From a virus, in the IMG/VR virus record IMGVR_UViG_3300042453_004434, positions 32,001 through 96,000 of that record: a stretch of DNA of 64,000 nt. The stretch is one strand, 5' to 3'. Position numbers and translations under genes: made by a program. Shown piece by piece: positions 27,999-38,681 of this stretch. The notes below the pieces were generated by a model. The model was not told where the DNA came from, did no database searches, and worked only from the letters and a program-made list of their open reading frames with translations. Numbering within the stretch: position 1 is the first letter of the stretch; each line of letters starts with the position of its first letter.

Positions 27999-28403
27999 TT
28001 AAATATTAGAGATTTCTCCTTTAGAATTTGAGTAGTAAATTTTTTTAATTGAAAATTGTTTTATCAGATGCGAGCAACCATTACAAGGCTTACTATTATT
28101 CAATTTTCCCTCACCGTCAACTCTTAAAACAACAATTTCGTGATCAGATAAATCTTCCTCGTTCGCCTTCAGTATTACATCTAGCTCCGCATGAGTATTT
28201 ACAGTTATCTTTTCACCAGTAGCGCCAATGTATGGATATTTTTCGCTATTTGGATTTGTTTTTGGTTTATTCCAACCAATTTTAACTATTCTGTTTTTCT
28301 TTACTAAAAAAGCAACATGAGACGCTCGTAATCCATTTTTACGCATACTCGGGCACATAGCGTGAGCTATATTAACAGCTTTTTTTAAAACCTTTTTCTT
28401 CAT
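27999..28403 (-). CDS. cytidine/dCMP-deaminase-fold protein
   Basis: HAE...SKPC..C zinc motif. Confidence 0.85.
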   Translation of the reverse strand: MKKKVLKKAVNIAHAMCPSMRKNGLRASHVAFLVKKNRIVKIGWNKPKTNPNSEKYPYIGATGEKITVNTHAELDVILKANEEDLSDHEIVVLRVDGEGKLNNSKPCNGCSHLIKQFSIKKIYYSNSKGEISNI

Positions 28404-28725
28404 AACCGCTCATTTAAAATAGAAGAAGCAGTTGTTTTTATGTCATTACCATCAAAAGTTGAAAATTGTGGCAGCTTTTTACCTCGAACATAATAATGTC
28501 CTGTTGGACCTTTGCAATATTCAGTTGAACCAAATTTATTATAAAATTCTTCAGCTAATCTATTTAAAGAACAGCCTTCTTTTAATAGGTTTTTTACGAA
28601 ATTAGCCATTTGAAAGTTCATAATATTATATAATAAATATTAAATTATAAGAGTCAAATACGATTTGTTGTATATTTGTAACAATATCGTTCACTATTCG
28701 ACTCTTTTGCAGGTTAGAATATAGT

Positions 28726-28869
28726 ATGTTCTGCGAGTACTGTCAAGAAGAATATACAATAAAAAAATCATACATCGCAAAAAACTGTGGTTGCGACGAT
28801 GATTTTAGATTTTTAAGTTTTGATTTCTGGTATCTAGATGTTTTTAAGATATATCCAGATTTTGTTTAA
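28726..28869 (+). CDS. small Cys-rich protein (47 aa, not in ORF track)
   Basis: MFCEYC...CGC. Confidence 0.45.
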   Translation: MFCEYCQEEYTIKKSYIAKNCGCDDDFRFLSFDFWYLDVFKIYPDFV

Positions 28870-29108
28870 GACGCCCAATCTTCTAAATAACCTTGATCTG
28901 GTATCTTGCTATAAATTTCTTTATGTTTTGATTTGTTTATACCTTTACAACGACAAAACTGCATAGAATGCATACCGGGTCCGATAAGTTGGCCGTCCCA
29001 ATCTATACAAAAATGCCAGCCATCATTAAATTCTTTATCAGTTATTTCTACATCTTTTTCTGACATTAATTCATTATAGCGTTGATCAGTCATGGTGTAA
29101 TAAAATTT

Positions 29109-29309
29109 ATGAATAACGAATCTAATATAGGTGGAGTATCAGTAAGAGCGATAATTGTATTTACACTAATAGTTATTTTTTCGACCACAGTTTTTTTAGA
29201 AATTAAAAATGACGCTTTAAATAGTTTAGTTATGGCTGCTGTTGGTTGGTATTTCGGTCAAAAGTCTGTTGATTCTGATGTAAAAGACGATGATTTTATT
29301 TCAAAATAA
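29109..29309 (+). CDS. small two-TM membrane protein (holin-like)
   Basis: two TM, GWYFG; GTGTAA 14 nt upstream. Confidence 0.55.
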   Translation: MNNESNIGGVSVRAIIVFTLIVIFSTTVFLEIKNDALNSLVMAAVGWYFGQKSVDSDVKDDDFISK

Positions 29310-29506
29310 GCGTTTTATATATTTTACCTTCATCACCTGTATAATAAGCGCGATAATTAGTGCCATATAGATTATAATCAATATAAGTATTCGTTAATCT
29401 GATTAGTTTATAGTGAGGCGGCAAATTGTTCAAAGCATCTTCAAAATGATATCTTAAAAAAACAAGGCAACCGGAACAAAGAAAAGGTATAAACAATAAT
29501 AAAATC

Positions 29507-29884
29507 TTATGCATATTGTTTATAACTTTCTAATAAGCTAATAATATTTTTTGCACCAATTGGATTTAAAGAATGCACAGTATAATCTGGTACTTTTAAA
29601 TTATTTTTTATGCAATATTCAATCAACCATTTCGCACAATCATAGCCAGTTTTTTCTGTATATTTGGAATAGTCTGTTTCACTATTGCAAAGATTTTTAT
29701 AATGCTCAAAACTTAAATCGTGATCAAATGAAATAAAATTTGGTAAATAACCTTTCAACTCTATAAGTACTTTAAAATTATTATAATCACGAACTACAGT
29801 CCAATGCAAATCAGGTATGGAAGTCCATTTCACGTCTTTTGGAAAACGCTCGTCATCTAAAAAAATATAATAAGGTTTACTCAT
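29507..29884 (-). CDS. cyclic-phosphate-processing receiver-like (cREC) protein
   Basis: FLDDER, ISFDHDL, TGYDCA.WL, HSLNP.G. Confidence 0.75.
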   Translation of the reverse strand: MSKPYYIFLDDERFPKDVKWTSIPDLHWTVVRDYNNFKVLIELKGYLPNFISFDHDLSFEHYKNLCNSETDYSKYTEKTGYDCAKWLIEYCIKNNLKVPDYTVHSLNPIGAKNIISLLESYKQYA

Positions 29885-30268
29885 TTTTTTCTTAGTATTT
29901 TATCGTTTTCAGAAGCTTTTTTCTTTGCAAGTATACAACCTTCATTTATTAAAGCATATTTATCATTAACAATATGAACTAAATCGCCAACTTGCATATT
30001 TTCTTTTTCTTTTAGGCGATAATACTTTTTCTCTTCCTTTTCAGAGACTACGATTATATTTACTGGCGAATTATCCATTTTTTGTCTTTTTGATTTTTTC
30101 TTCTAAATAAACTACATATTTGCAACTGCCTCCTTCATAAATACAATGATCCATTTTTTCTACACGAAAAACACGCAAACCAGATTTACCATAATCATTT
30201 AGTAAGTTTTGCAGTTCATCAAAATCTTTTGCCAAATGAATTTTAATAGTATATTTATATTTGCTCAT

Positions 30269-30916
30269 TTATAATAATATTTTCTTTTCGTGTTTGACAA
30301 TTACTTCTGGATGGACCCAAACATCGAGATTCAATTCTTTAACTAAATGACAAAAAGCGACATCTTCCATTGTAAACTCAGTCACATTGCCAAACTTTTT
30401 CCATATTGGTCTAAACCACGGATATTTTAGTTTTTCAAAAACATTATTTTTTATCAGCATAAAACCAAATCCTGTATAGTCAACAATAAAAGGTTTATTT
30501 TGGTTTTTTAAATGTTCCGGCGTTAAGAATTCAAATCTACCAGTTTCTTCAAAAGTTTTTTCGTTCCAATCTTGAACTGTAGCAAACTGTTGACCATTTT
30601 GCATAAAATACAATCCAGACGCGATTTCTTTTTTGAGATTATATAGTTTAATAAAATCATTTGGATGAAAAATAATGTCGCTATCTATCCATAGCATGTA
30701 ATCATAATTGACTTTGCCTTGCCAAGGTTTTTGATTTTCTCCTTTAGTGCTATCGCCGCCAAGACACATATTTCTAACATAATATATATTACATTCATAT
30801 CTACGAGATATGATAGCATTAATGTTATTGATGGAGCACCAATTATAAAACTGCAAAAAACTATCAAGAAAAGCACCCGAAAAATTATTTCCGGGTAGGC
30901 AGATAACTAGGTTCAC
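30269..30916 (-). CDS. GT-A glycosyltransferase
   Basis: RN, WIDSD, GFGFMLIK, EDV.FC. Confidence 0.8.
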   Translation of the reverse strand: MNLVICLPGNNFSGAFLDSFLQFYNWCSINNINAIISRRYECNIYYVRNMCLGGDSTKGENQKPWQGKVNYDYMLWIDSDIIFHPNDFIKLYNLKKEIASGLYFMQNGQQFATVQDWNEKTFEETGRFEFLTPEHLKNQNKPFIVDYTGFGFMLIKNNVFEKLKYPWFRPIWKKFGNVTEFTMEDVAFCHLVKELNLDVWVHPEVIVKHEKKILL

Positions 30917-31658
30917 GATTAAAAATTATAGATTGTTGATGATAATTTCCTTCATATCCCTTCCAGCCATAATGTGTAAGCTCGCATGTTGTATCTACAT
31001 AAAGTTTACCGCCAATGCTTCTATATAGATCACAAAACCCATAATCTTCAGCTTCATATTTTTTTGTTTGGCTATTTATTTTACATGGAAATAAATCATA
31101 AAAAGTATCACCATAACTTGCATAACCGTCAATATCATTTTTGTAACTAATATCTGGACGCTTTTTAATTATATCTAATAAAGCTTTCTTTTTGATAAGC
31201 ATGAAACCAGTTGCTGCATAATTAACTTCTTCAACTTGTTGTGGCTCTTTCTTTAAATTAATCTCTGTAGCAAAATCTGTACATAATTGATTATAATTGT
31301 CAGGAAGAATCGGGCCATTTAGTAAAACAAGTTTACTTAATTTTTCAGCACTGATATATTTTTTAGGATATAAACCAGATATAACATCTTTATTTCTATT
31401 AATTAAAGAAAAAAAGCTTTTTGGCTCAAAAGAAATATCTGTATCTATAAACATCATATAATCGCAATCCATTTTATTAACGAAATTCGCGGCTGCGGCG
31501 TTTCTCGCTCTTGCGATTAAACTATCAAAATAAATACAGTCTAAACTGAATGATATGTTTTTCTTTTGCGCCTCAAATATCAATCTCATTATACTAAACA
31601 TATAATGAGACAATACAGTATGATTATAGCAAATAACTGGTAGATAAATCTTCATCAC
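30885..31658 (-). CDS. GT-A glycosyltransferase
   Basis: SLI.RARN, FIDTD, TGFMLIK, EDY.FC. Confidence 0.8.
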   Translation of the reverse strand: MMKIYLPVICYNHTVLSHYMFSIMRLIFEAQKKNISFSLDCIYFDSLIARARNAAAANFVNKMDCDYMMFIDTDISFEPKSFFSLINRNKDVISGLYPKKYISAEKLSKLVLLNGPILPDNYNQLCTDFATEINLKKEPQQVEEVNYAATGFMLIKKKALLDIIKKRPDISYKNDIDGYASYGDTFYDLFPCKINSQTKKYEAEDYGFCDLYRSIGGKLYVDTTCELTHYGWKGYEGNYHQQSIIFNREPSYLPTRK

Positions 31659-31909
31659 TCATCAATCTTATGTAAAAAAGCTGGTGTGCTTTCACCCATC
31701 CAAACACAAGCTTGATTAAATTCATGAAAATCTACAGCTTCATGATAAGTCATACCTTGTTTCATTAATTTAGTAATTACTTTTTCGTAATTATAAATAA
31801 TAAATGGAGTTTGATTAACTCGCGTTACAATGCCTTCGATACAGTCATCATAACCATCCATTGTCAATAATTCAGAACCGTATGATTCTTTTACTTCTTG
31901 TATTGTCAT
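31655..31909 (-). CDS. conserved phage protein
   Basis: DGYDD.I.G...EA....FN...G..TP. Confidence 0.75.
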   Translation of the reverse strand: MTIQEVKESYGSELLTMDGYDDCIEGIVTRVNQTPFIIYNYEKVITKLMKQGMTYHEAVDFHEFNQACVWMGESTPAFLHKIDE

Positions 31910-31931
31910 TTAAAAAACAATTCATTCAAAT

Positions 31932-32573
31932 TCAAATCCAACTCAAAGCTTCGCTAATAACAGGAAACTCTTTAATAAATATATTTTTAATACCAACTGC
32001 AATTTCTCTATGTTCTTTTTGAGTATCTTCTTTTGCTCTCAACTCAATATAATGAATCCAGCTACGAAGTGTACCTGTCATGTACATGGTGGTTTGTGTG
32101 GTTAATGGTAAAACCATTCTAGCGCATTCTTTGGCAATGCCAGCTTCAATTAATGCGTCATACGCTTTCAAGCTGTGATCAAGCGCATTATTTACTAATT
32201 CAAGTTTTTCTTGCGGTAAATTAACTTCAGTATCGCCAACTTGTCTATTAGTTTTGCCCTGCATTCGCCATTGAATATCTTCTAGTTTTGTAGCTACACT
32301 ATATCTTTGACTGAATTCTTGAAATGCGAAAGATCTATGTCTTAAAATTTGTGCAGCAATAGCTCTGCTTGTAACAATTTCTATTGTAACACTAGCCATT
32401 TCGAATGGACTCCAATGTTGATGTTTGATTAAATATTTAAGAAGTCGCGGCGCAGTTTCTGTATTCATCTGATTAGATGGATTACTTACTCTTGCACAAT
32501 ACGAAACAATATCTTCAGCAGTATTTAAATCTTCAATTTTGGGTGAAGTTACGGCTACTAATTTAACGTTCAT
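31932..32573 (-). CDS. thyX: flavin-dependent thymidylate synthase
   Basis: HWSPFE, QILRHRS..FQEFSQRY, ECAR..LP. Confidence 0.95.
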   Translation of the reverse strand: MNVKLVAVTSPKIEDLNTAEDIVSYCARVSNPSNQMNTETAPRLLKYLIKHQHWSPFEMASVTIEIVTSRAIAAQILRHRSFAFQEFSQRYSVATKLEDIQWRMQGKTNRQVGDTEVNLPQEKLELVNNALDHSLKAYDALIEAGIAKECARMVLPLTTQTTMYMTGTLRSWIHYIELRAKEDTQKEHREIAVGIKNIFIKEFPVISEALSWI

Positions 32574-33001
32574 TTTTTATCTTTGTATTAAAGTAACAGA
32601 ACTTTGATAGAAGTCAAGCCTTACTTTCTTTTTTTCATCAATATATAAGTCAAAACAAATAAACCGAAAACAATATAAACTAACTCTGTCAACATTCTAG
32701 CTGTATTTTTATCAATAATCATGCAATAATTTTTATTTTAGAAATAAAATTAGAATTTAATTCGCGATCCCAATCTTTATTTAATTCGTCTAATTTTTTA
32801 GCAATCACTTTCATGGTTAGTGCGTCCCAGCACTTTTCATTTCTAAATTCGGGCCAGTAATAAAAATAGCCGTCATCATCTTTCAGAAGACGGCCATTTA
32901 TTCTTTCGTGTGACTTTATAACGTATCTATCGTTGCCTAATTTTTCGAATACGAACATGCAAAAATAATAAACAAAAACAATTGTTTGTCAAGCTATATT
33001 T

Positions 33002-36000
33002 TTACAAAGCAGGATAGAATGGTTGAGGCCAAAGATGTTTGATTTGGCTTGTCCAAGTATCATTAGGCCATTTTGATTTTCTAAAATTAACAAATCTTTG
33101 AATTAGATTTGGATCACCACCCATATATCTTAAAAAGTTTTCAGACATTGTAAGATTATTATAGTCTGCAATGTATGGATTTTGTTCTAATACATCTATT
33201 TGTATTTTATGTATTTGATTGTACATACCGACCATCATGTCTTTCTTTTCTTTTGTATGTAACGCATCAATATAGTGCATTGTGAACTCATTAAATTTAC
33301 CTGAACTTGAGCTATCAGCATTCAAAAGAACAGTGCCTCCAAGTAATCTTATATGCGGATGGTGATCATCTAAAAGCCCTTCAAGCAAACGTTTGTAATC
33401 CCCATTAAATGCATATGCTTCATATGATTTTAAAGTGTTGATGAATTGTAAAGCATTGTGTTTACCTGTATATAAACTGTACTTAGCTAATTCTCCCCAT
33501 TGACTTGTTCCTCCCCACAAGAAGTTATGTATATAACCCCAGTCCACTATATTATATTCTGGCATTCTGTTGCTATCATCCAGATACATTTGTAGTTGAT
33601 ACCATTGTGGAGACTGATCACCATAAGGTTCATAAGTGAAATTAGGATTATTTTGATCTGTGACAGCTATTAAACTACCAATATGTGGAGCTAGATGAAA
33701 AGGCCATGTATTGGCAAACCATCTTCTATCATTGAATGTATTTGTATAGCTGTTACCAAATTGAGCTTTGATTCTATCCAATTTGTATAGACTGATATAT
33801 GATCTTGCTCCTCTTTCTCCCCATTGATCTCTTGTATTAGCGTTATCTTCAAGAATATCGTGACCTAAATCTTGCATCTTCCATCTTTGCATAATTTCCA
33901 ATGTTCTTACAGTTACCCAATGACGATACGCCATTCTTATATCATTCATGTATTGAATTTGTTTTCCAGCATCAAAATATTTCTTTTGAAAGAATTGATC
34001 CATATGAACTAATTGATATCCCGTTTCTTCTCCATACGATCTCATTATTTGTACAAGACCTTTCATTCCTTGGTCTTTTGGTATACTACCCATAAACCAA
34101 TCAAAGAATCTACGACCACTACCACCGTCTTTGGTTGCACTCCAGTCCCAAATTTCGGGAGCACTATCTTTCAAATGAACTTTAGGTAACCAATGATTCC
34201 AATCTGGTAGTTGCATTGCAATTGGAATATCATGAATATTGTATGATTTGTTTATGTCTATTGGTTGAACCACACCATTGTATACAATTCCATTTTGTGT
34301 TCCATTTGGAAATATATAGTTAAATGATTTAATATCGTCATCTAATACCCAATCCATACCTGCACCAGCAGCCCAATTATCAATTGGTACAGTACTCATT
34401 CCGGGACCGGGCTGATACAGAGGATTCCAAGGTCTACCTTTTTCTTGATAAGGCACATCCAAACTACGAATATAAGATGCCAATGCTAGTCCTTGTTGTT
34501 CATCTAACCCATGGTACTTACTTCTGGCTACAATAGATTTATCGCTGAAATTGAAATATTTTAAGTCATATCCATCTGTAAAATGACAATCACTGCATTT
34601 TGCTTTAAGAGCAACGCCTCGTTCTGAGATATTGCCGTTAAACCATAAATCTTTTCCTTGATTTATAATAACAGGATCACTTGATGCTGGTGTCCAATTT
34701 TTAGGATCATCAATAACCTTGGTTGTAGCAAGTGTTGTAGGCGTGTAATTATAAACTGTATTTGTATAAAACCTGCCTGTAAGATGTCCAAATGTATATT
34801 CTTTTTCAGCGGTATCCTGTCTTCTTACAATATCAGCATTTAATACTCTATATCCAACGGTTTGTTTTGTGATATCATTAAATTTAAATTTAATAGTATT
34901 AGTTATGCTAGGAAGAATATTGTTACTAGCAAATGGCAATATCATTGTTAATGTACTTTGAAAACCACCAATACCAGTCCAAACTCTTTCAAATTTTCTT
35001 GGAAATATAACTGTTCTATTATTTAAAGGAATCCAAGGAGAATTATTAACGCTTATTGATGCTTTATTTGTATATGTTAAAGCGTGTGCAGTGAATTGAA
35101 GACCGTATATATCATTTAAATTATCATTAACTACAAATTTAAATTCTTCTGTATGTTGATCAGCACCAAGCACTTCTATTGGAAACTGTACAGCATCTGC
35201 TGATGGCGGACTTGTCGATCCACCCCCAGAACCCGTACCTCCAGTTCCTGAATCTCCAGATCCAGTACCACTTCCACCTGTACCAGATCCTCCAGTTCCA
35301 TTTCCTCCACTATTTGTACCTGATCCTTGTGGTCCTACTAGATTGCCATTTTCATCATAAATATAATCCAATATTCTAAATCTTAATATAATTGCATCAG
35401 GTGGAAGACTTGTTATATCAAATAATATATTATGCAATTGATCATTATGCCAAATAGTTTGAGCAGGTATTTGTACATCATTTGTTGTGCCGGTTTGAGT
35501 CTGTAAAGTTACGTTCAATGTAACACTATTTGTTACATATACATAATTTGTAGATGTTGTTCCTCCTCCAGTTGTACCGCCTGTGCTTCCGCCAGTAGAA
35601 CCACCTGTTGATCCTCCAGTTGTACCGCCTGTACTTCCGCCTGTTGTACCTCCTGTATCTCCACTTGTTGTACCACTATCTGTGCTGCCTGTGCCACCTG
35701 TTGATCCTCCAGTTGTACCACCTGTGCTTCCTCCTGTAGTTCCACCTGTTGAGCCACCAGTAGTAGTAGAATTTGTTAACGGAGTCTCAACAACATTTGT
35801 GGTATAAATTAATTCATATACTCGTAAATTGATTTTTTGTGCATTTTGAGAAACATTACTAATATTTAATGACAATTCAGCAATTCTTCCATTAGTTCTA
35901 ACAACGGTTATGGGAATAGGAACTGTTATAATACTATTATCTGCTTGAGTGACATTAGAATATAATGTAGCTGTATTTGTTACAACTTGTGCATATAAAT

Positions 36001-36046
36001 TAATAGCAAAAAATAAACTAATGATCAGAAATTTGATCCACCTCAT
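33002..36046 (-). CDS. large secreted protein with Gly/Thr/Ser linkers and a CxxCH (c-type heme) motif
   Basis: signal peptide, GGSTGGTT repeats, AKCSDCH, downstream L..YIRSL helix. Confidence 0.75.
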   Translation of the reverse strand: MRWIKFLIISLFFAINLYAQVVTNTATLYSNVTQADNSIITVPIPITVVRTNGRIAELSLNISNVSQNAQKINLRVYELIYTTNVVETPLTNSTTTGGSTGGTTGGSTGGTTGGSTGGTGSTDSGTTSGDTGGTTGGSTGGTTGGSTGGSTGGSTGGTTGGGTTSTNYVYVTNSVTLNVTLQTQTGTTNDVQIPAQTIWHNDQLHNILFDITSLPPDAIILRFRILDYIYDENGNLVGPQGSGTNSGGNGTGGSGTGGSGTGSGDSGTGGTGSGGGSTSPPSADAVQFPIEVLGADQHTEEFKFVVNDNLNDIYGLQFTAHALTYTNKASISVNNSPWIPLNNRTVIFPRKFERVWTGIGGFQSTLTMILPFASNNILPSITNTIKFKFNDITKQTVGYRVLNADIVRRQDTAEKEYTFGHLTGRFYTNTVYNYTPTTLATTKVIDDPKNWTPASSDPVIINQGKDLWFNGNISERGVALKAKCSDCHFTDGYDLKYFNFSDKSIVARSKYHGLDEQQGLALASYIRSLDVPYQEKGRPWNPLYQPGPGMSTVPIDNWAAGAGMDWVLDDDIKSFNYIFPNGTQNGIVYNGVVQPIDINKSYNIHDIPIAMQLPDWNHWLPKVHLKDSAPEIWDWSATKDGGSGRRFFDWFMGSIPKDQGMKGLVQIMRSYGEETGYQLVHMDQFFQKKYFDAGKQIQYMNDIRMAYRHWVTVRTLEIMQRWKMQDLGHDILEDNANTRDQWGERGARSYISLYKLDRIKAQFGNSYTNTFNDRRWFANTWPFHLAPHIGSLIAVTDQNNPNFTYEPYGDQSPQWYQLQMYLDDSNRMPEYNIVDWGYIHNFLWGGTSQWGELAKYSLYTGKHNALQFINTLKSYEAYAFNGDYKRLLEGLLDDHHPHIRLLGGTVLLNADSSSSGKFNEFTMHYIDALHTKEKKDMMVGMYNQIHKIQIDVLEQNPYIADYNNLTMSENFLRYMGGDPNLIQRFVNFRKSKWPNDTWTSQIKHLWPQPFYPAL
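35560..35770. repeat. coding low-complexity repeat (GGST/GGTT, 12-bp unit)
   Basis: degenerate 12-bp tandem units inside the 1014-aa gene. Confidence 0.85.
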
Positions 36047-36049
36047 AAA

Positions 36050-36083
36050 TAAAAAATCCAGTAGGGTTTGACCCCTACTGGAT
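36050..36083 (-). terminator. intrinsic terminator
   Basis: ATCCAGTAGGG/CCCTACTGGAT + U-tract. Confidence 0.75.
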
Positions 36084-36111
36084 AATACACAAATTTTTTA
36101 GATTATTCTAA

Positions 36112-36585
36112 TTAAAATCTAAAAGCCAAACCTAGCGTATATCGAACCTGATTATTTGACACGCCATTCAAAGCTACATCGTAAGCAGCTTGGGCGAGAA
36201 TATAAGTATTATCAGTTAGGAAAAATCGATTACCTAGAATTGGTCCAGCTTGCCACGCGCTTTGAGTCCCATCGCCATAAGCTAGATTAACATCGCCGCC
36301 AGCGAATACAGTATTCTTCATTCCAAAAACTGTATAGTTAATATTGTAAGCAGTAAATACTTCAGTATTAAATAGAACATTATTAACAGTCGTCAATCCA
36401 AAAGATTGAACAGCGCCAATGCTAATAGCATCAGTAACAAAAGTTTCGAAACGAAGACCAGTAGCAAACTGTGTTGGCGTAGTTGGTCCTTGAGTTTGAG
36501 TGTTTCCACTTCCAACAATGGAGAAATCCAAAGCGTTGGCCGTGAGTGCAGTAATAATAGATAGTAGTGCGATTAATCTCTTCAT
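36112..36585 (-). CDS. small outer-membrane beta-barrel protein
   Basis: signal peptide (ANA), amphipathic strands, C-terminal YTLGLAFRF. Confidence 0.75.
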   Translation of the reverse strand: MKRLIALLSIITALTANALDFSIVGSGNTQTQGPTTPTQFATGLRFETFVTDAISIGAVQSFGLTTVNNVLFNTEVFTAYNINYTVFGMKNTVFAGGDVNLAYGDGTQSAWQAGPILGNRFFLTDNTYILAQAAYDVALNGVSNNQVRYTLGLAFRF

Positions 36586-36587
36586 AA

Positions 36588-37847
36588 TTATTTAAATATA
36601 TTTAGTAACCAATTAATAAATCTTCTAAAGATAGATGGTTTCTCAATTGGTTTAGGGATATTACTCAAAATTTGATTGTTTGTCAACAGAATTTTGTCTG
36701 TGCTAGCTGCATATCCCCAATAACACTTTAAAATATTACTGACTTCAGTTACTCCATTAACTATTCTATGACCTAAAGTGATTTTATTATCTTTTGCAAC
36801 AATATTTTTAAATCCTGTATATATATTAATATTTAATTGAGGATCATGATTATAAGCAAAAAATACAGATACGATAGGTTCTTGATCCCATTGATAATAA
36901 ATATTACCATCACTTAAAACTACTTCATTATTTTCTATACAAAAATCTTCACTGTAACTAATTTGATCTTGATTTTGCCAATGCTGACAAGTCAGTGCTA
37001 TAAAATTCCATATATTTGTACCACGGTTGTTCACTATTACAGCATTTTTATTAGTCCAACTATCTATATAAATACAATTACCTTGAAAGTTTTCAAAGAT
37101 ATTATCTGTTATTTCTGCATTTAAAGAATCAGCAATTGTAATCGCATGTAATGGACTTTGTTGATTTATTATATCGAATTCACAGTTTTTAAATATATTA
37201 TTTTTTATTTGTGGCGCTTTGCCGCCAACTGCAATAAATGTATTTTCGGGGCAATGACCTTTCTTGCTATTTCTTTTTTTACCAACAGATTCAAATACAT
37301 TATTAAATATTTTAGCGCCGTCATCTAATTTACCATGTCCTACACAAAATACTTGAAAACATTCGTGATTTGATTGGTCGCCCACTCCAAAATTAATAAA
37401 TCTACAATTTTTAACTGTATTATTTGAACCGCGCATTCTTATTGCACAAACAGTACTAATGTCATGGTTATTTTCATAATTACCATCAAATGTTATTCCT
37501 TCAATTAAATTATTATCGCAGCTAACATTATAATTAGTAGATAACATGTGAACAATTGGAGCTGGCGTTCCAAATAGATTTTTGCTATTTGCATTATCTA
37601 TTAATTTAAAAATAGTTTTATCATATCCTGCGCCAATTAATTTAACATTATCAAATCTATTCCAACCCCAAGTAATACAACTATCAGACCAAACATGGCC
37701 TTTATGCCATTCTTCGTCATTACGCCCAAAAATATGTTCACCTTCTGAAACGTAACATTCACCATTTTCATCAATACATTTATTAATATATGGTACTATA
37801 TTTTGACCTATAGTATAACCGTAGTATTCTGGAGTGTTTTTATTCAT
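36588..37847 (-). CDS. right-handed beta-helix (pectin-lyase-like) protein
   Basis: LIGAG..KT, IEGITFDGN, repeated I.NN.F. Confidence 0.8.
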   Translation of the reverse strand: MNKNTPEYYGYTIGQNIVPYINKCIDENGECYVSEGEHIFGRNDEEWHKGHVWSDSCITWGWNRFDNVKLIGAGYDKTIFKLIDNANSKNLFGTPAPIVHMLSTNYNVSCDNNLIEGITFDGNYENNHDISTVCAIRMRGSNNTVKNCRFINFGVGDQSNHECFQVFCVGHGKLDDGAKIFNNVFESVGKKRNSKKGHCPENTFIAVGGKAPQIKNNIFKNCEFDIINQQSPLHAITIADSLNAEITDNIFENFQGNCIYIDSWTNKNAVIVNNRGTNIWNFIALTCQHWQNQDQISYSEDFCIENNEVVLSDGNIYYQWDQEPIVSVFFAYNHDPQLNINIYTGFKNIVAKDNKITLGHRIVNGVTEVSNILKCYWGYAASTDKILLTNNQILSNIPKPIEKPSIFRRFINWLLNIFK

Positions 37848-38418
37848 TTTTATAATGAAATACTTTTTTAGTAGTGCTTAAAACAGGCCACTGAAAAATA
37901 TAGTCACCTTTTAAATTAAAAGGTTGATATGACACATCAACATATCTCCAACCGCCATCATCTATATCTAAATTATAATTCTTGTAATAATCATTAGAAA
38001 TCAATATATTTTTACCTTTAATATTTTCTAATATGAGAAAAATATTTTTGAACGAAAGATGCTGAAATACATCTTTAATCAAAATGAGATCATAAATTTC
38101 TGTCTCTTTTTGTGTAGTTAAATCTTTATGCTCAAATTTTATATTTGATTTTGAATATTTTTTGTTATTTTCGTTCACTAAAAATTGAACGATATCAACA
38201 CCTTTATAAATTAAATTTTCAAAATTTAGATGTTGCATCAAATTGAAATCGCCACATCCGATATCCAAGATAGATTTAATATTATTATCTTTTATAAAAT
38301 TTTGCAAAAAATCTAAGTACGAACTTGAGCATTCTAATGAAGCGCCGGGACCAGAAAAAGTTCCAATTATTTGTTGCCATTCTTTTTTCAGATAAATATC
38401 TGTAAATACATCATTCAT
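37840..38418 (-). CDS. class I SAM-dependent methyltransferase
   Basis: SGPG, ILDIGCGD, GVDIV, KDVFQHL. Confidence 0.85.
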   Translation of the reverse strand: MNDVFTDIYLKKEWQQIIGTFSGPGASLECSSSYLDFLQNFIKDNNIKSILDIGCGDFNLMQHLNFENLIYKGVDIVQFLVNENNKKYSKSNIKFEHKDLTTQKETEIYDLILIKDVFQHLSFKNIFLILENIKGKNILISNDYYKNYNLDIDDGGWRYVDVSYQPFNLKGDYIFQWPVLSTTKKVFHYKNE

Positions 38419-38483
38419 ATATTTTTTGTAAAGGAATTGTAAAAGTTTTTCTTTTTATAAAATAACTATGTATAATATATTAT

Positions 38484-38675
38484 ATGAAATATATCATATT
38501 TATAATAGCATTATTCTTTTCAGTGAATCTATTCGCTGATGAATCCAAAAAAAATCAAGAAAATAACAAACCAAATAAAGAACAAAAACAAGAAGGAAAG
38601 CGCAAAAAGCATCATGGTCCTAGAAAAGTACATCCGAATCATCCCGATCATCCAAAGAAGGAAAATAATAAATAA
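38484..38675 (+). CDS. small exported basic protein
   Basis: signal peptide, charged tail, followed by terminator. Confidence 0.6.
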   Translation: MKYIIFIIALFFSVNLFADESKKNQENNKPNKEQKQEGKRKKHHGPRKVHPNHPDHPKKENNK

Positions 38676-38681
38676 TAAAAC

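Noticed and set aside
35533-35807. ORFs 35583..35807 (+) and 35533..35757 (-)
   Set aside because: Shadow frames of the Gly/Thr repeat in the 1014-aa gene
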